In this document: in pieces, positions 21,839 to 30,928 of the stretch | Position numbering within the stretch: position 1 is the stretch's first letter | Layout: each line of letters opens with the position of its first letter | Assembly (NCBI GenBank): GCA_963781885.1 | Contig: CAWAHW010000001.1 | Location: forward strand, 544,001 to 608,000 | Source: an uncultured Spirochaetota bacterium | GTDB lineage: Bacteria; Spirochaetota; Spirochaetia; SZUA-6; Fen-1364 | Length of the DNA: 64,000 bases | Reading direction: 5' to 3' | Translations under genes and position numbers: made by a program | The notes under the pieces: model-generated | The model's database searches: none | What the model was told of the DNA's origin: nothing | What the model saw: the letters and a program-made list of their open reading frames with translations, nothing else

Positions 21839-22684
21839 ATGCACACGACACTGGTCAACACGACAACCGCTGCCGCGCGTATTGCCAACCCCGACTGGCT
21901 TTTCGTCGACTGCCGCTTCAACATGCAGGATCCTGCGGCAGCCTTGCGCGACTACCAGGCTTCCCACATTCCCGGCGCACTGCGTGCAGATCTGGATGCT
22001 GACCTTTCGGGTCCCATCGTGCCGGGCCGGACGGGACGTCATCCCCTTCCGGCGCCCGACGCCCTTGTGCGCGTTTTTTCAGATTGGGGTATCGGGCCGC
22101 AGACCCAGGTCGTCGCCTATGATGAATCGACGGGCGCGATGGCCGCCGCGCGGCTGTGGTGGCTCCTGAAATGGGCAGGCCACGATCCGGTGGCGGTCCT
22201 GGACGGCGGCCTCAAAGCCTGGAGAGCCGCGGGGCTTCCCTGCAGCGAAGGGGCAGAGTCGCGGCAGGTGACGCCTTTTGCCGCGAGCTTCCGTCACGAG
22301 ATGGCCGTGGATGCGCGGCAGGTGCTCTCCGTGCTGAAAGATCCCGACTGGGTCGTGCTCGATGCAAGGGCTGCCGACCGGTATCATGGGCAGAATGAGA
22401 CGATCGACCCTACGGCCGGCCATATCGCAGGCGCCTTCTCCGCGCCGTACGCCGCCGCCCTTCGGGAGGACGGCACGTTCAAAGCGCAGGCGGAGGTCTC
22501 TGCCCTTTACCGTGCCGCGATGACCGGCCATGATGCCACACACACCGTTTTCTACTGCGGCTCGGGAGTCACCGCGACGCACGGCATCCTTGCCTGCGCG
22601 CACGCGGGTCTGGGCACGCCGCGACTCTACGCCGGCTCCTGGAGCGAATGGATCACCGACCCGTCGAGGCCGACCGCGCGATAA
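21839..22684 (+). CDS. Two-domain rhodanese / 3-mercaptopyruvate sulfurtransferase
   Basis: HIPGA, GRHPLP, AARLWW, LDGG, LDARA..RY.G, YCGSGVTA, LYAGSWSEW. Confidence 0.92.
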   Translation: MHTTLVNTTTAAARIANPDWLFVDCRFNMQDPAAALRDYQASHIPGALRADLDADLSGPIVPGRTGRHPLPAPDALVRVFSDWGIGPQTQVVAYDESTGAMAAARLWWLLKWAGHDPVAVLDGGLKAWRAAGLPCSEGAESRQVTPFAASFRHEMAVDARQVLSVLKDPDWVVLDARAADRYHGQNETIDPTAGHIAGAFSAPYAAALREDGTFKAQAEVSALYRAAMTGHDATHTVFYCGSGVTATHGILACAHAGLGTPRLYAGSWSEWITDPSRPTAR

Positions 22685-22714
22685 GGGTCGGGCCATACGG
22701 GCGGCCCTTCGTTC

Positions 22715-22734
22715 GCCTGAGGCTCCCCTCAGGC
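22715..22734. terminator. Hairpin between convergent genes
   Basis: Perfect 8-bp stem GCCTGAGG-CTCC-CCTCAGGC, with no clear U-tract. Confidence 0.4.
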
Positions 22735-22739
22735 TGACC

Positions 22740-24143
22740 TTATGCCTCCGATGCGTTCCGTTCGAGCGATGCGGTCGGCACCATGCCCCGATACGCGCGC
22801 AGGTACAAAGCCCCGCCGAGCACCACCACGAGGGAGAAGCCCATCATCAGGTTGCTGTAAGCAGATCCGGTGGATGCTGCGATACGCGGTAGCAACGCCA
22901 CGTTCAGCCACGTGCCCGCAAGGAGCCTGCCGACCACTGCGGTGCCGATTGCCCCCGACATGACGCCGACGAGATTGAAAAGACCCATGCCGACGCCCGT
23001 CTCGTGCTCGGGCAGCGTCTGGGAGACGCTGTTGATCATCGCCGTCTGGAAGAGCGCGAAGCCGATGTAGGTGGCGAGCAGCCCCGCCGCCACGACGAGC
23101 GACGAGACACTTTCCAGGAATGCCATCACGACGAAGCTCGTCGCCAGGAGCGCCAACCCCAGGGCGACCACGAAGCTGTTGCCTTTCCGGTCCGCCAGCC
23201 TGCCGCCAATGGGCCCGAATATCACGGAGCTGATCGCGCCGGGGAAAAGGATGAGCCCGATCTGGCTCGTGCCCAGGTGATGGACGTCGCTCAACATCAG
23301 CGGAACGAGGAAAAGCACGCCGATCACGACGAAAAAGAGGCAGAAACCGACGATCACGCCGTTGCGGAACCGGACGTTCGCAAAAAGTGACGGTGCAATG
23401 AACGGATCCGGCGCGCGCCGGATGCGAATGATGAAAAGGGCCAGCAGGACCACGAACGCCGCCAGGTAATACCAGGCGCTGAAGTTGAGATAGACCACGA
23501 TGGATCCGAGCGTGAGAGCAACCAGCGCGGCGCCGAGCAGGTCCACCTTTCCCTCCCGGCGCGGCTCGCGCGGCAGCTCCCGTGCAAGGAAGGGTATCGC
23601 GACCAGGAGGAGCAGCGGAATCAGGAAGAGGAAGGACCAATGCAGCTTCGCGGAGACGAAGCCGCCGATGACCGGCCCCAGCCCGATTGCAAGGGAAACC
23701 GTGGAGGTGATGATGCCGAAGACCCTGCCGCGCGCCTCCGGGGCAAAGTAGCGCGCCACCACGACGAAGATCAACGCCGGAATCGCCGAGCCGCCCATGC
23801 CCTGGATGGCCCTGGCGACCACCACGAGGGGATAGGAAGACTGCAGCGCGAATCCCATGACCGAGCCCACGAGGTAGAGGGTCACCCCGATCATGATGAG
23901 CCGCCGCAAGCTGTAGATGTCGGAGAGCTTTCCGTAGATGACCGAGCCGATGCCAAAGAAGACCATGAAGATCGTCATCATCCAGCTCACGCCGGCCGGG
24001 GTGAGGGAGAACTGGCGCGCGATCATGGGGGTGGAGACGTTGAAGACGGTCTCATTCAGGACCGCAAAGAATATGAGATAGATGATCCAGGGGACCAGGC
24101 GCTTGGGGTTCAAAAAATGCTCCTTTGCCGGAGAAAATAACAT
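22740..24143 (-). CDS. 14-TMS MFS efflux transporter, Tet(L)/Tet(K)-related DHA2 group
   Basis: FFAVLNETVFNVSTP, YGKLSDIY, ARAIQGMG, GLGPVIGG, GLILFPGA, GRLADRKG. Confidence 0.85.
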   Translation of the reverse strand: MLFSPAKEHFLNPKRLVPWIIYLIFFAVLNETVFNVSTPMIARQFSLTPAGVSWMMTIFMVFFGIGSVIYGKLSDIYSLRRLIMIGVTLYLVGSVMGFALQSSYPLVVVARAIQGMGGSAIPALIFVVVARYFAPEARGRVFGIITSTVSLAIGLGPVIGGFVSAKLHWSFLFLIPLLLLVAIPFLARELPREPRREGKVDLLGAALVALTLGSIVVYLNFSAWYYLAAFVVLLALFIIRIRRAPDPFIAPSLFANVRFRNGVIVGFCLFFVVIGVLFLVPLMLSDVHHLGTSQIGLILFPGAISSVIFGPIGGRLADRKGNSFVVALGLALLATSFVVMAFLESVSSLVVAAGLLATYIGFALFQTAMINSVSQTLPEHETGVGMGLFNLVGVMSGAIGTAVVGRLLAGTWLNVALLPRIAASTGSAYSNLMMGFSLVVVLGGALYLRAYRGMVPTASLERNASEA

Positions 24144-24371
24144 ATGGAATTTTGCATATACTTGGCAAATGGAAAGCCGGGAACTGCCGATGTATTTCTC
24201 TGTGGGGGAAAGTTTACCGTGCGGAAATAGGGCAGCCAGCTCCTGCTGCCACTCGTATTCCTTGACTCCGGCCGGGGCCGTTTGTAGCTTCTCTCACCGG
24301 GAGGGTACAGCCGTCGCCCTGGCGCGCCTCCTGGCCCTCGCCCGGACGTCGAGCGTTCGAGGAGGGTGGTG

Positions 24372-25271
24372 ATGGCAGCACATGCGTCCTGGAAGGGATT
24401 CCTGAAGCTCAGCCTCGTGTCGGTTCCCGTCAAGGCATACACGGCAACGGCCACCGGCAGCGACATCACGCTGCATCAGCTTCACGCGCAGACCCATACC
24501 CGCATCCAGTACAAGAAATTCGCCCCCGAGGTCGGCGAGGTATCGAGCGACCAGATCGTGAAGGGCTACGAATACGACAAGGGCCAGTACGTCATCATCG
24601 ACGAGGATGAGCTGGACAAGCTGCGCACGGAGAACGACAAGGCCATCCGCATCGACGGCTTCATCCCGCCCGACCAGTTGAGCACGGTCTATCTCGGCGG
24701 CAGGACCTACTTCCTGACCCCGGACGGCCCCGTGGGACAGAAGCCGTACAACCTCCTCATGAAAGGGATGGAAAAGGCGGGCCTCTGCGCCATCGCGGAA
24801 GTGGTCATTTCCCAGAAGGAGCAGGTCGTCATGGTGAGGCCCGTCGACGGGGTGCTCGCGATGACGGTGCTCAACCGCAAGGACGAGGTGAAGGCAGCCT
24901 CCGCGTTCAAGGACGAGATCACGGAGACGGAGGCCACGGAGGCGGAGAGATCGCTCGCCGATACCCTCATCCAGGCGTCGATCATCAAGGAGTTTGATTT
25001 CGGCCGCTACCACGACGTCTACAAGGAGAAGCTCACGAAGCTCATCCAGCTGAAGATTGAAGGCAAGGAGGTGGTCCAGGTGCGCGACCCCGAGGAGCCG
25101 AAGATCATCAACCTGATGGAGGCCCTCAAGCGCAGCGTGGAGGAAGCCCAGGCCGCGGGACGCACCGGTGGCGAGGAAAAGAAGAAGGCAAAGGCCGGCC
25201 TGAAGCAGACCGCCAGCGCCAAGCCTGCAAAGACGGTCACGGCTGCGCCGAAGAAGAGGAAGGTTGTCTAA
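24372..25271 (+). CDS. ku: Ku protein (NHEJ end-binding)
   Basis: SWKGFLKLSLVSVPVKAYTAT, RIQY, IVKGYEY, FDFGRYHDVYKEKL, INLMEALKRS and a basic C-terminal tail. Confidence 0.95.
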   Translation: MAAHASWKGFLKLSLVSVPVKAYTATATGSDITLHQLHAQTHTRIQYKKFAPEVGEVSSDQIVKGYEYDKGQYVIIDEDELDKLRTENDKAIRIDGFIPPDQLSTVYLGGRTYFLTPDGPVGQKPYNLLMKGMEKAGLCAIAEVVISQKEQVVMVRPVDGVLAMTVLNRKDEVKAASAFKDEITETEATEAERSLADTLIQASIIKEFDFGRYHDVYKEKLTKLIQLKIEGKEVVQVRDPEEPKIINLMEALKRSVEEAQAAGRTGGEEKKKAKAGLKQTASAKPAKTVTAAPKKRKVV

Positions 25272-26157
25272 GCACCTCCCGCGCCTCGTGCCGCCCATGC
25301 TGGCCGTGATGGGCCAGCCCTTCGATTCGGACACCCATTTCTTCGAGTTCAAGTGGGACGGCTACCGCGCCGTGGCGATGGTGGAGGACGGCGCCGTTCG
25401 CCTGGTGAGCAGGAAGGGCATCGACCTGACGGGTCGCTACCCGGCCCTTGCGCCGCTGGGCACGCTCCCCGCGGGGCTCGCGCTCGACGGGGAGATCGTC
25501 GCCTTTCGCAACGGCGTGCCGAGCTTCGAGCTGGTCGCGCACCACGATCGCGCGGCAACGGAGCCGCTGAAGTTCATTGCGTTCGACATCCTCTATCAAG
25601 CGTTCGAGCCGGTCATGGACCGGCCGTTCACGGAGCGCCGCGCGATGCTGGAGCGCGTGATCGCGGAGTCGCCACGCCCGCCGCTCGTTCTCTCGGAAGG
25701 CGTAGCGGCCACGGGAAAGGCCCTCTTCGAGAGGGCCTGCGTCCAGGGCCTCGAGGGCGTGGTGGCAAAACGGCTGGGGAGCACGTACGCCCCGGGCAAG
25801 AGGAATGGCGCCTGGGTCAAGATCAAGAGGCGTCTCAGCGTCCAGGTCGTCATCATCGGGTATATCGAAAAGGAAGGCCGCGATTTCCAGAGCCTCCTGG
25901 TGGCCTCCAACGGAATCCCGGGCGGCACGGGCGGACCGCTCCTCTACATCGGGAAGGTGGGGGGCGGGTTCACGGACGCAGTACGCGCGGAGCTGAACGC
26001 GCTCCTGCGGGAGCATCCCCGGGCAAAGCCCCTGGTGGCCTGTCCCGAGCGTGGCACATGGGTTGAGCCGGGCCTCTACTGCACGGTAAGCTTTGCAGAG
26101 ATGACCGGGGCCGGCATGCTTCGCGCTCCGGTCTTCGAGGGACTGATACACGCGTAA
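25264..26157 (+). CDS. Stand-alone ATP-dependent DNA ligase (LigD/LigC-type NTase+OB)
   Basis: Motif I EFKWDGYR, III LDGEIV, IIIa AFDIL, IV LEGVVAK, V WVKIK, OB-fold GKVGGGF..LRAPVF. Overlaps the ku stop. Confidence 0.92.
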   Translation: MSKHLPRLVPPMLAVMGQPFDSDTHFFEFKWDGYRAVAMVEDGAVRLVSRKGIDLTGRYPALAPLGTLPAGLALDGEIVAFRNGVPSFELVAHHDRAATEPLKFIAFDILYQAFEPVMDRPFTERRAMLERVIAESPRPPLVLSEGVAATGKALFERACVQGLEGVVAKRLGSTYAPGKRNGAWVKIKRRLSVQVVIIGYIEKEGRDFQSLLVASNGIPGGTGGPLLYIGKVGGGFTDAVRAELNALLREHPRAKPLVACPERGTWVEPGLYCTVSFAEMTGAGMLRAPVFEGLIHA

Positions 26158-26163
26158 GGACCG

Positions 26164-27354
26164 ATGGACACCACACCGTTGACGGGGGCAGAGGTCGCCC
26201 TGACAGGTCGTCTTCTCTCCATGACGCGCGCGCAGGCCGTGAAGCTCCTGCAGCAGGCGGGAGCGCGGCACGCGCGCGAGCCCGGCGCGTCCACCGCGCT
26301 GCTCGTGGCCGGGGAGGCCATCGGCAACCTCACCTCGGACGGCCGGATATCGCACAGCCTCGAGCTGTTCCGGCAGCTGAAGAGGCAGGGCAGCGCCATC
26401 CGCCTGGTGGAGGAGACGGAGTTCCTCCGCCTGCTGGGCGCGCAGGACTCGCTCGCCGACATCTCCCGGCTGTACACCGCTGAGCAGGTGAGCCGCATCG
26501 TGGAGGCGCCGCTTTCCGAGGTGCGCGCCTGGGTGCGCAAAGGCCTGCTCCAGCCGGCCCGGCAGCACAACCGGCTTGCCTGGTTCGAGTTCAAGAACAT
26601 CGTTCAGGCGCGCAACCTGAGCAGGCTCACCGCTTCAGGCGTACCGGCATCGCAGATCCACAGGAGCCTGTCGGAGATCGCGCGCTGGCTGCCCGACGGT
26701 GAGCGCATCATCGGCCGGCTGGAGGCCTACGCGCGCGGCCTGCGTGTGAGGCTTCCCGATGGCGGGCTCGCCGAGCCCAGCGGGCAGCGCCTCATGGATT
26801 TCCAGCGCAGCGGCAGGGGCGATGCGAGCCTCCAAGAGGTGAGGCGGGTATCGGTCTTTCCGTCCGAGGTTGCCGCGCCGCCGAAAGCCGGCACGCCTTC
26901 TGCCGCGGACTGGCGCGCTGCTGCCGAAGAGGCCGAGGAGCAAGGCGACCTCGGCGCGGCCGCGCTGGGCTATGCGCGGGCGGTTGCGGACGCACCCGAC
27001 GCGGAGACATTCTTCGACCTGGGCAATGTCCTCTACGAGCTGGGCAGGGAGGGGGAGGCGGCGGAGCGCTACTTGCAGGCCATCCAGCTCGAGCACGACT
27101 TCGCCGAGGCGTGGAACAACCTGGGCAACGCGCTCGTGGCGCTCCGCAAGCTGGAGGACGGCGTGCGCGCCTACGAGATGGCGCTTGCCCTGGAGCCCGG
27201 CTATCCCGACGCGCACTGCAATCTTGCCACCGTTCTGGAACGGCTGGGTCTCTCAGAGAAAGCCATGGCCCACCGGGGCGCCTGCCTGCGCGGGCTTCCT
27301 AGCGAAGCGCATCTCAGCCTGCTGCGCCAGCCGGCACGCGCTGACGAGGATTAG
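26164..27354 (+). CDS. BRCT + MerR-type HTH + TPR protein
   Basis: LigA-type BRCT (LTGAEVALTGRLLSMTRAQAVKLLQQAGA..LLVAGE..EETEFLRLL), MerR-like YTAEQVSRIV..VRAWVRKGLLQP, and TPRs FDLGNVLYELG / AWNNLGNAL / AHCNLA. Confidence 0.8.
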   Translation: MDTTPLTGAEVALTGRLLSMTRAQAVKLLQQAGARHAREPGASTALLVAGEAIGNLTSDGRISHSLELFRQLKRQGSAIRLVEETEFLRLLGAQDSLADISRLYTAEQVSRIVEAPLSEVRAWVRKGLLQPARQHNRLAWFEFKNIVQARNLSRLTASGVPASQIHRSLSEIARWLPDGERIIGRLEAYARGLRVRLPDGGLAEPSGQRLMDFQRSGRGDASLQEVRRVSVFPSEVAAPPKAGTPSAADWRAAAEEAEEQGDLGAAALGYARAVADAPDAETFFDLGNVLYELGREGEAAERYLQAIQLEHDFAEAWNNLGNALVALRKLEDGVRAYEMALALEPGYPDAHCNLATVLERLGLSEKAMAHRGACLRGLPSEAHLSLLRQPARADED

Positions 27355-27695
27355 CTGAAGTCTTCTTGAATGGGAGGACATGGCCGATACCACGCGGGAA
27401 GAGCTTTGCAGTGGCAACGGGGTCTGACTCCTGGTGGATCCTTGCTGGGCCCACTTGAGAGGGGGTACAAACCACGTCAAAGCCCGCCACGAGCGTCCTT
27501 ACGAAGACGAGCAAAGCTTTTCGGAAGTGGGGTACAACAGTCTTCTCGCTGAAACACTAGAACGATTTGTTTGACGTGAATATGAGTGAATAAGTAATAT
27601 TAATTGAGCACAGGGACTCTTCCAGCAGCGCACGGCTCGCCGTCGCAGCCAGGAAAAGCTCTTTAGTCTTTTCCGCGAGGGGGTAAGAGGTTTTT

Positions 27696-28913
27696 ATGAA
27701 AAGGATTTTATTCTTAGGTGCTCTGTTGCTCGTATTGGGTCTGGCGGCTTGTAAAACGCCGTCGCCGAGTGGAACTTCCTACTCCTACTGGCAAGCATAT
27801 TCGAGCGCAGTTGATTCCAGCGGCAACTACTACGTCGCCGGAACGCTCGCAACCTCGGCTCAGGCGTCGAACTCCACAAATACCCAAGGCATCCCGGTCT
27901 ACTGGGAAAACGGCGAAGCAGCACCGCAGCCACTGCCGATGGGCACAAATGGGGATAGCACGGCCAACAACTTTGGTTTTGCAGAGCGCGTTGTGACCCA
28001 AGGGACTCATGTTTATATCGTAGGCGGAGTGAATCACACCACGACCAGTGGCGTGGCCAACTCTCAAGCGGTCTACTGGAAAGACGGCGCGATAAACGTA
28101 CTATCCCTGAGCGGCGGCAACACTTGGGGGTGGGCAGACTGCATTGCCGTTGATGGCTCAGGGAACGTTTATGTTCTAGGTGAAGAGGGCAATAGCTCTA
28201 CCTATTACGCAATCTGGAAGAATGGCACTGTCCTTGCTTCCGCCGCAGCGAACCCATACTTCAACAATCAAGGGATCGCCGTGGACTCCAGCGGCAACAT
28301 ATGGGTCATTGGTCTCTATGGAACTTCGAACAACACCGCCGCAGCCGCATACGGTGAGTACAGTTCTTCCGGAAGCTTGCTAGCCAATGGCACGCCGTCA
28401 GGCGCCACAAACCTTACCGGCATTGTCGCGGACGCTTCCGGACACGTGTACATGTCAGGAACAACTGGAGGATCGCCTTTCTCCTATTCGACAGGCTATA
28501 GCAACAATTGGACACCAACCGTCTGGAAAAACTTGGTCGCTACATCTCAGGCCCTCACGGTGGGAGCCACAACCTACACCTACGGGTTTGCAAGGTCCCT
28601 CGCTCTTGACTCCTCGGCAAATATCTACGCCAGCGGAGTTGTGTTCAGTCCAGGCCCCACCGTACCTGTGTACTGGAAGTTGAACACCACCGCGACGGAG
28701 CTGAATGTGACAGGCTTCAGCTCTAATGCGGCTTGGCAACAATCAAGCATCGCTGTTGACGGATCGGGGAATGTGGATGCCGAAATCGAGACTACCCCTG
28801 GTACGGCGACTCAGACGAACAATTTCTTTGTCGCTCCTACGGCCTTGATCAATTGGATGGGAGCTTCAAACGCGCCAACGACCCTGATGAGCAATCCCGT
28901 GACTGTGCAATAG
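27696..28913 (+). CDS. Lipoprotein with beta-propeller (SBBP-like) repeats
   Basis: Lipobox LAAC. Repeated IAVDxSGNxY and xYWKxG units. Ser/Thr/Asn-rich. Confidence 0.75.
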   Translation: MKRILFLGALLLVLGLAACKTPSPSGTSYSYWQAYSSAVDSSGNYYVAGTLATSAQASNSTNTQGIPVYWENGEAAPQPLPMGTNGDSTANNFGFAERVVTQGTHVYIVGGVNHTTTSGVANSQAVYWKDGAINVLSLSGGNTWGWADCIAVDGSGNVYVLGEEGNSSTYYAIWKNGTVLASAAANPYFNNQGIAVDSSGNIWVIGLYGTSNNTAAAAYGEYSSSGSLLANGTPSGATNLTGIVADASGHVYMSGTTGGSPFSYSTGYSNNWTPTVWKNLVATSQALTVGATTYTYGFARSLALDSSANIYASGVVFSPGPTVPVYWKLNTTATELNVTGFSSNAAWQQSSIAVDGSGNVDAEIETTPGTATQTNNFFVAPTALINWMGASNAPTTLMSNPVTVQ

Positions 28914-28936
28914 GCCGCGATGGACATTCGCTCTTG

Positions 28937-28965
28937 CTCGGGGCTCACTCAGCCGGGCCCCGAGC
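28937..28965 (+). terminator. GC-rich hairpin after the propeller lipoprotein
   Basis: GCTCGGGGC...GCCCCGAGC inverted repeat. Confidence 0.45.
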
Positions 28966-29023
28966 CTATGCGGGGTGACCCTGCGCCCACAGTTTGAACG
29001 AATAGAAGCGCTGCAATGTCACG

Positions 29024-29051
29024 AAAAACGGACCGGCCACGGCCGGTCCGT
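29024..29051 (-). terminator. Intrinsic terminator for the minus-strand lipoprotein pair
   Basis: Stem ACGGACCGGCC/GGCCGGTCCGT with an adjacent A5 run (U-tract on the minus strand), 20 bp past the stop at 29071. Confidence 0.7.
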
Positions 29052-29070
29052 CATGGAAAACATGAGATTG

Positions 29071-29916
29071 CTAATTGCGTGCGAGGTGTCTGGCAGCCAT
29101 CACATCGGTCATGAGAAGGTAGGAACCATCACTTGCAACGCTGAATGTCCTGCTGCTTCCCGAGTTATTGTATAGCGTGGAAGTGCCTGCGGTGAAAGTA
29201 GTCCCCGAGGTCCATGTGTACGGAGTATTCACGTATTGCAGGTAATTATAGGTGAGGGTTTTCCCCTTGGCACTGTCGAGGCTCGTCACACTGTTCGGCA
29301 CGATCGCGCTCACCGTGTAGACACTGTTGGACTTGCTGCCATTGGTTGCCGTGCCAGTTGCGTCGTAGCTTACAGATTCCGAGGTGTACGTGACAGTCGA
29401 GAAATCGGGAGCGATGACAATAGTCCAGGTATACGTGTTTGACGTACCATCCCAGTAGGTTGTGTTTTGACTTTCAACGTAATTGCCGCCGCTTCCCGGG
29501 AGAGCTTCATACTCGTTGGAAGAACCGAATACTTCAGTGTATGAATATGTCCTGGTGGAAGTGGATGGCGAGCTGAGCATGACGTAGCTTCCACCAATGC
29601 CGCCATTCCATATCTGGGTGTAGGTGATCGTCATCATTCGCGTGCCGGTGTTGTAGGAGTACGTGCCTTTGTCGCCACCGGATTGCTCCCACGTGGAACT
29701 TGTGGCATCCCAACTCTTACTGATGTCTTCGTATGTGCCATCGGCCGCGTATGTCTCCGTATAGGAGCCATAAAAGGTATACGTCACATCCTTTGTCATG
29801 TGCCCATTGCTGTCAAAAGCAACCTCAGTATCGCTGTATGACCAGATCGGGCTGCACGCCGTCAGAAGCAACGCCCCAGCGGCCATCGCGATCAGAAGGA
29901 AGATGAGTTTCTTCAT
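29071..29916 (-). CDS. Hypothetical Ser/Thr/Tyr-rich lipoprotein, paralog 2
   Basis: MKKLIFLLIAMAAGALLLTAC lipobox, AAGGAG RBS. Confidence 0.8.
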   Translation of the reverse strand: MKKLIFLLIAMAAGALLLTACSPIWSYSDTEVAFDSNGHMTKDVTYTFYGSYTETYAADGTYEDISKSWDATSSTWEQSGGDKGTYSYNTGTRMMTITYTQIWNGGIGGSYVMLSSPSTSTRTYSYTEVFGSSNEYEALPGSGGNYVESQNTTYWDGTSNTYTWTIVIAPDFSTVTYTSESVSYDATGTATNGSKSNSVYTVSAIVPNSVTSLDSAKGKTLTYNYLQYVNTPYTWTSGTTFTAGTSTLYNNSGSSRTFSVASDGSYLLMTDVMAARHLARN

Positions 29917-30888
29917 GCCGACTCTCCTTGAATATTTACCAAAAGCATTTTTACGGGCTCTCACGTTGCCGGGACAACGGAGAGGCTATTTGATTCCAAG
30001 GTGCTTCGGCACATTCATATTGGGATAGACGATGTAGGAACCGTCGCTTGCAATGCTAAATGTGTCGCTTTCCGAGTTATTGTATGTCGTGGAAGCGCCT
30101 GCGGTGAAGTCAGTCCCCGAGGTCCATGTGGACGGAGTGTCGACGTAACTCAGGTAATTATAGGTAAGGGTTTTCCCCTTGGCACTGTCGAGGCTCGTCA
30201 CTCCGCTTGGGAAGATCGCGCTCACCGTGTAGACGTCGCTGGACTTGCTGCCACCGTTTGGCGCGCCAGATGCGTCGTAGCTTACAGATTCCGAGGTGTA
30301 CGTGACAGTCGAGAAATCGGAGGGGATGACAATGGTCCAGGTATATGTGTTTGACGTACCATTCCAATAGGTCCTGTTTTGACTTTCAATGTAGTTGCCG
30401 CCGCTCCCGGGGAGAGCTTCATACTTGTTGGAGGAACTGAATACTTCAGTGTATGAATATGTCTTGCGGGAAGTGGACAATGAGGTGAGCGTGACGTAGC
30501 TTCCACCAATGCCGCCATTCCATATCTGGGTGTAGGTGATCGTCATCATTCGTGTGCCGGTATTGTAGGAGTACGTGCCTTTGTCGCCACCGGATTGCTC
30601 CCACGCGGAGTCAATGGCATTCCAACTCGTTCTGATGTCTTCATATGTGCCATCGGCCGAGAAAGTCTCCGTGTAAGAGCCACGAACGATATACGTGACA
30701 TCCTTTGTCATGTGCCCATTGCCGTCAAAAGCAACCTCGGTATCGCTGTATGACCAGATCGGACTGCATGCCGTCAGAAGCAACGCCCCTGCCGCCGTCA
30801 CGATCAGAAGGAAGATGAGTTTCTTCATGCCGCCACTCCTTGAACATTTACCAAAAATCTTTTTGAGAGCTCACTTCGCCGGGACAAT
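29120..30888. repeat. Tandem duplication, unit ~912 bp (gene plus ~60 bp upstream leader)
   Basis: Long identical DNA blocks in both genes. The upstream leaders also align (TCCTTGAA.ATTTACCAAAA...GCCGGGACAA at ~29925-29978 and ~30837-30888). Confidence 0.85.
29986..30828 (-). CDS. Hypothetical Ser/Thr/Tyr-rich lipoprotein, paralog 1
   Basis: MKKLIFLLIVTAAGALLLTAC lipobox. Collinear and highly similar to 29071-29916. Confidence 0.8.
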   Translation of the reverse strand: MKKLIFLLIVTAAGALLLTACSPIWSYSDTEVAFDGNGHMTKDVTYIVRGSYTETFSADGTYEDIRTSWNAIDSAWEQSGGDKGTYSYNTGTRMMTITYTQIWNGGIGGSYVTLTSLSTSRKTYSYTEVFSSSNKYEALPGSGGNYIESQNRTYWNGTSNTYTWTIVIPSDFSTVTYTSESVSYDASGAPNGGSKSSDVYTVSAIFPSGVTSLDSAKGKTLTYNYLSYVDTPSTWTSGTDFTAGASTTYNNSESDTFSIASDGSYIVYPNMNVPKHLGIK

Positions 30889-30928
30889 GCACGTCCCCGC
30901 GCCCATCATATAATGATGGCGCATCATG

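Noticed and set aside
22740-24143. Calling the MFS gene a tetracycline resistance gene
   Set aside because: The resemblance to Tet(L)/Tet(K) is only at family level, so the substrate cannot be inferred.
24144-24371. Riboswitch or ncRNA between the MFS gene and ku
   Set aside because: Some pairing potential exists (GGCAGC..GCTGCC), but I could not match a known family by eye. An Infernal/Rfam scan is needed.
29071-30828. Duplicated lipoprotein as a diversity-generating retroelement TR/VR pair
   Set aside because: There is no reverse transcriptase, both copies are whole genes, and the differences do not appear restricted to adenines.
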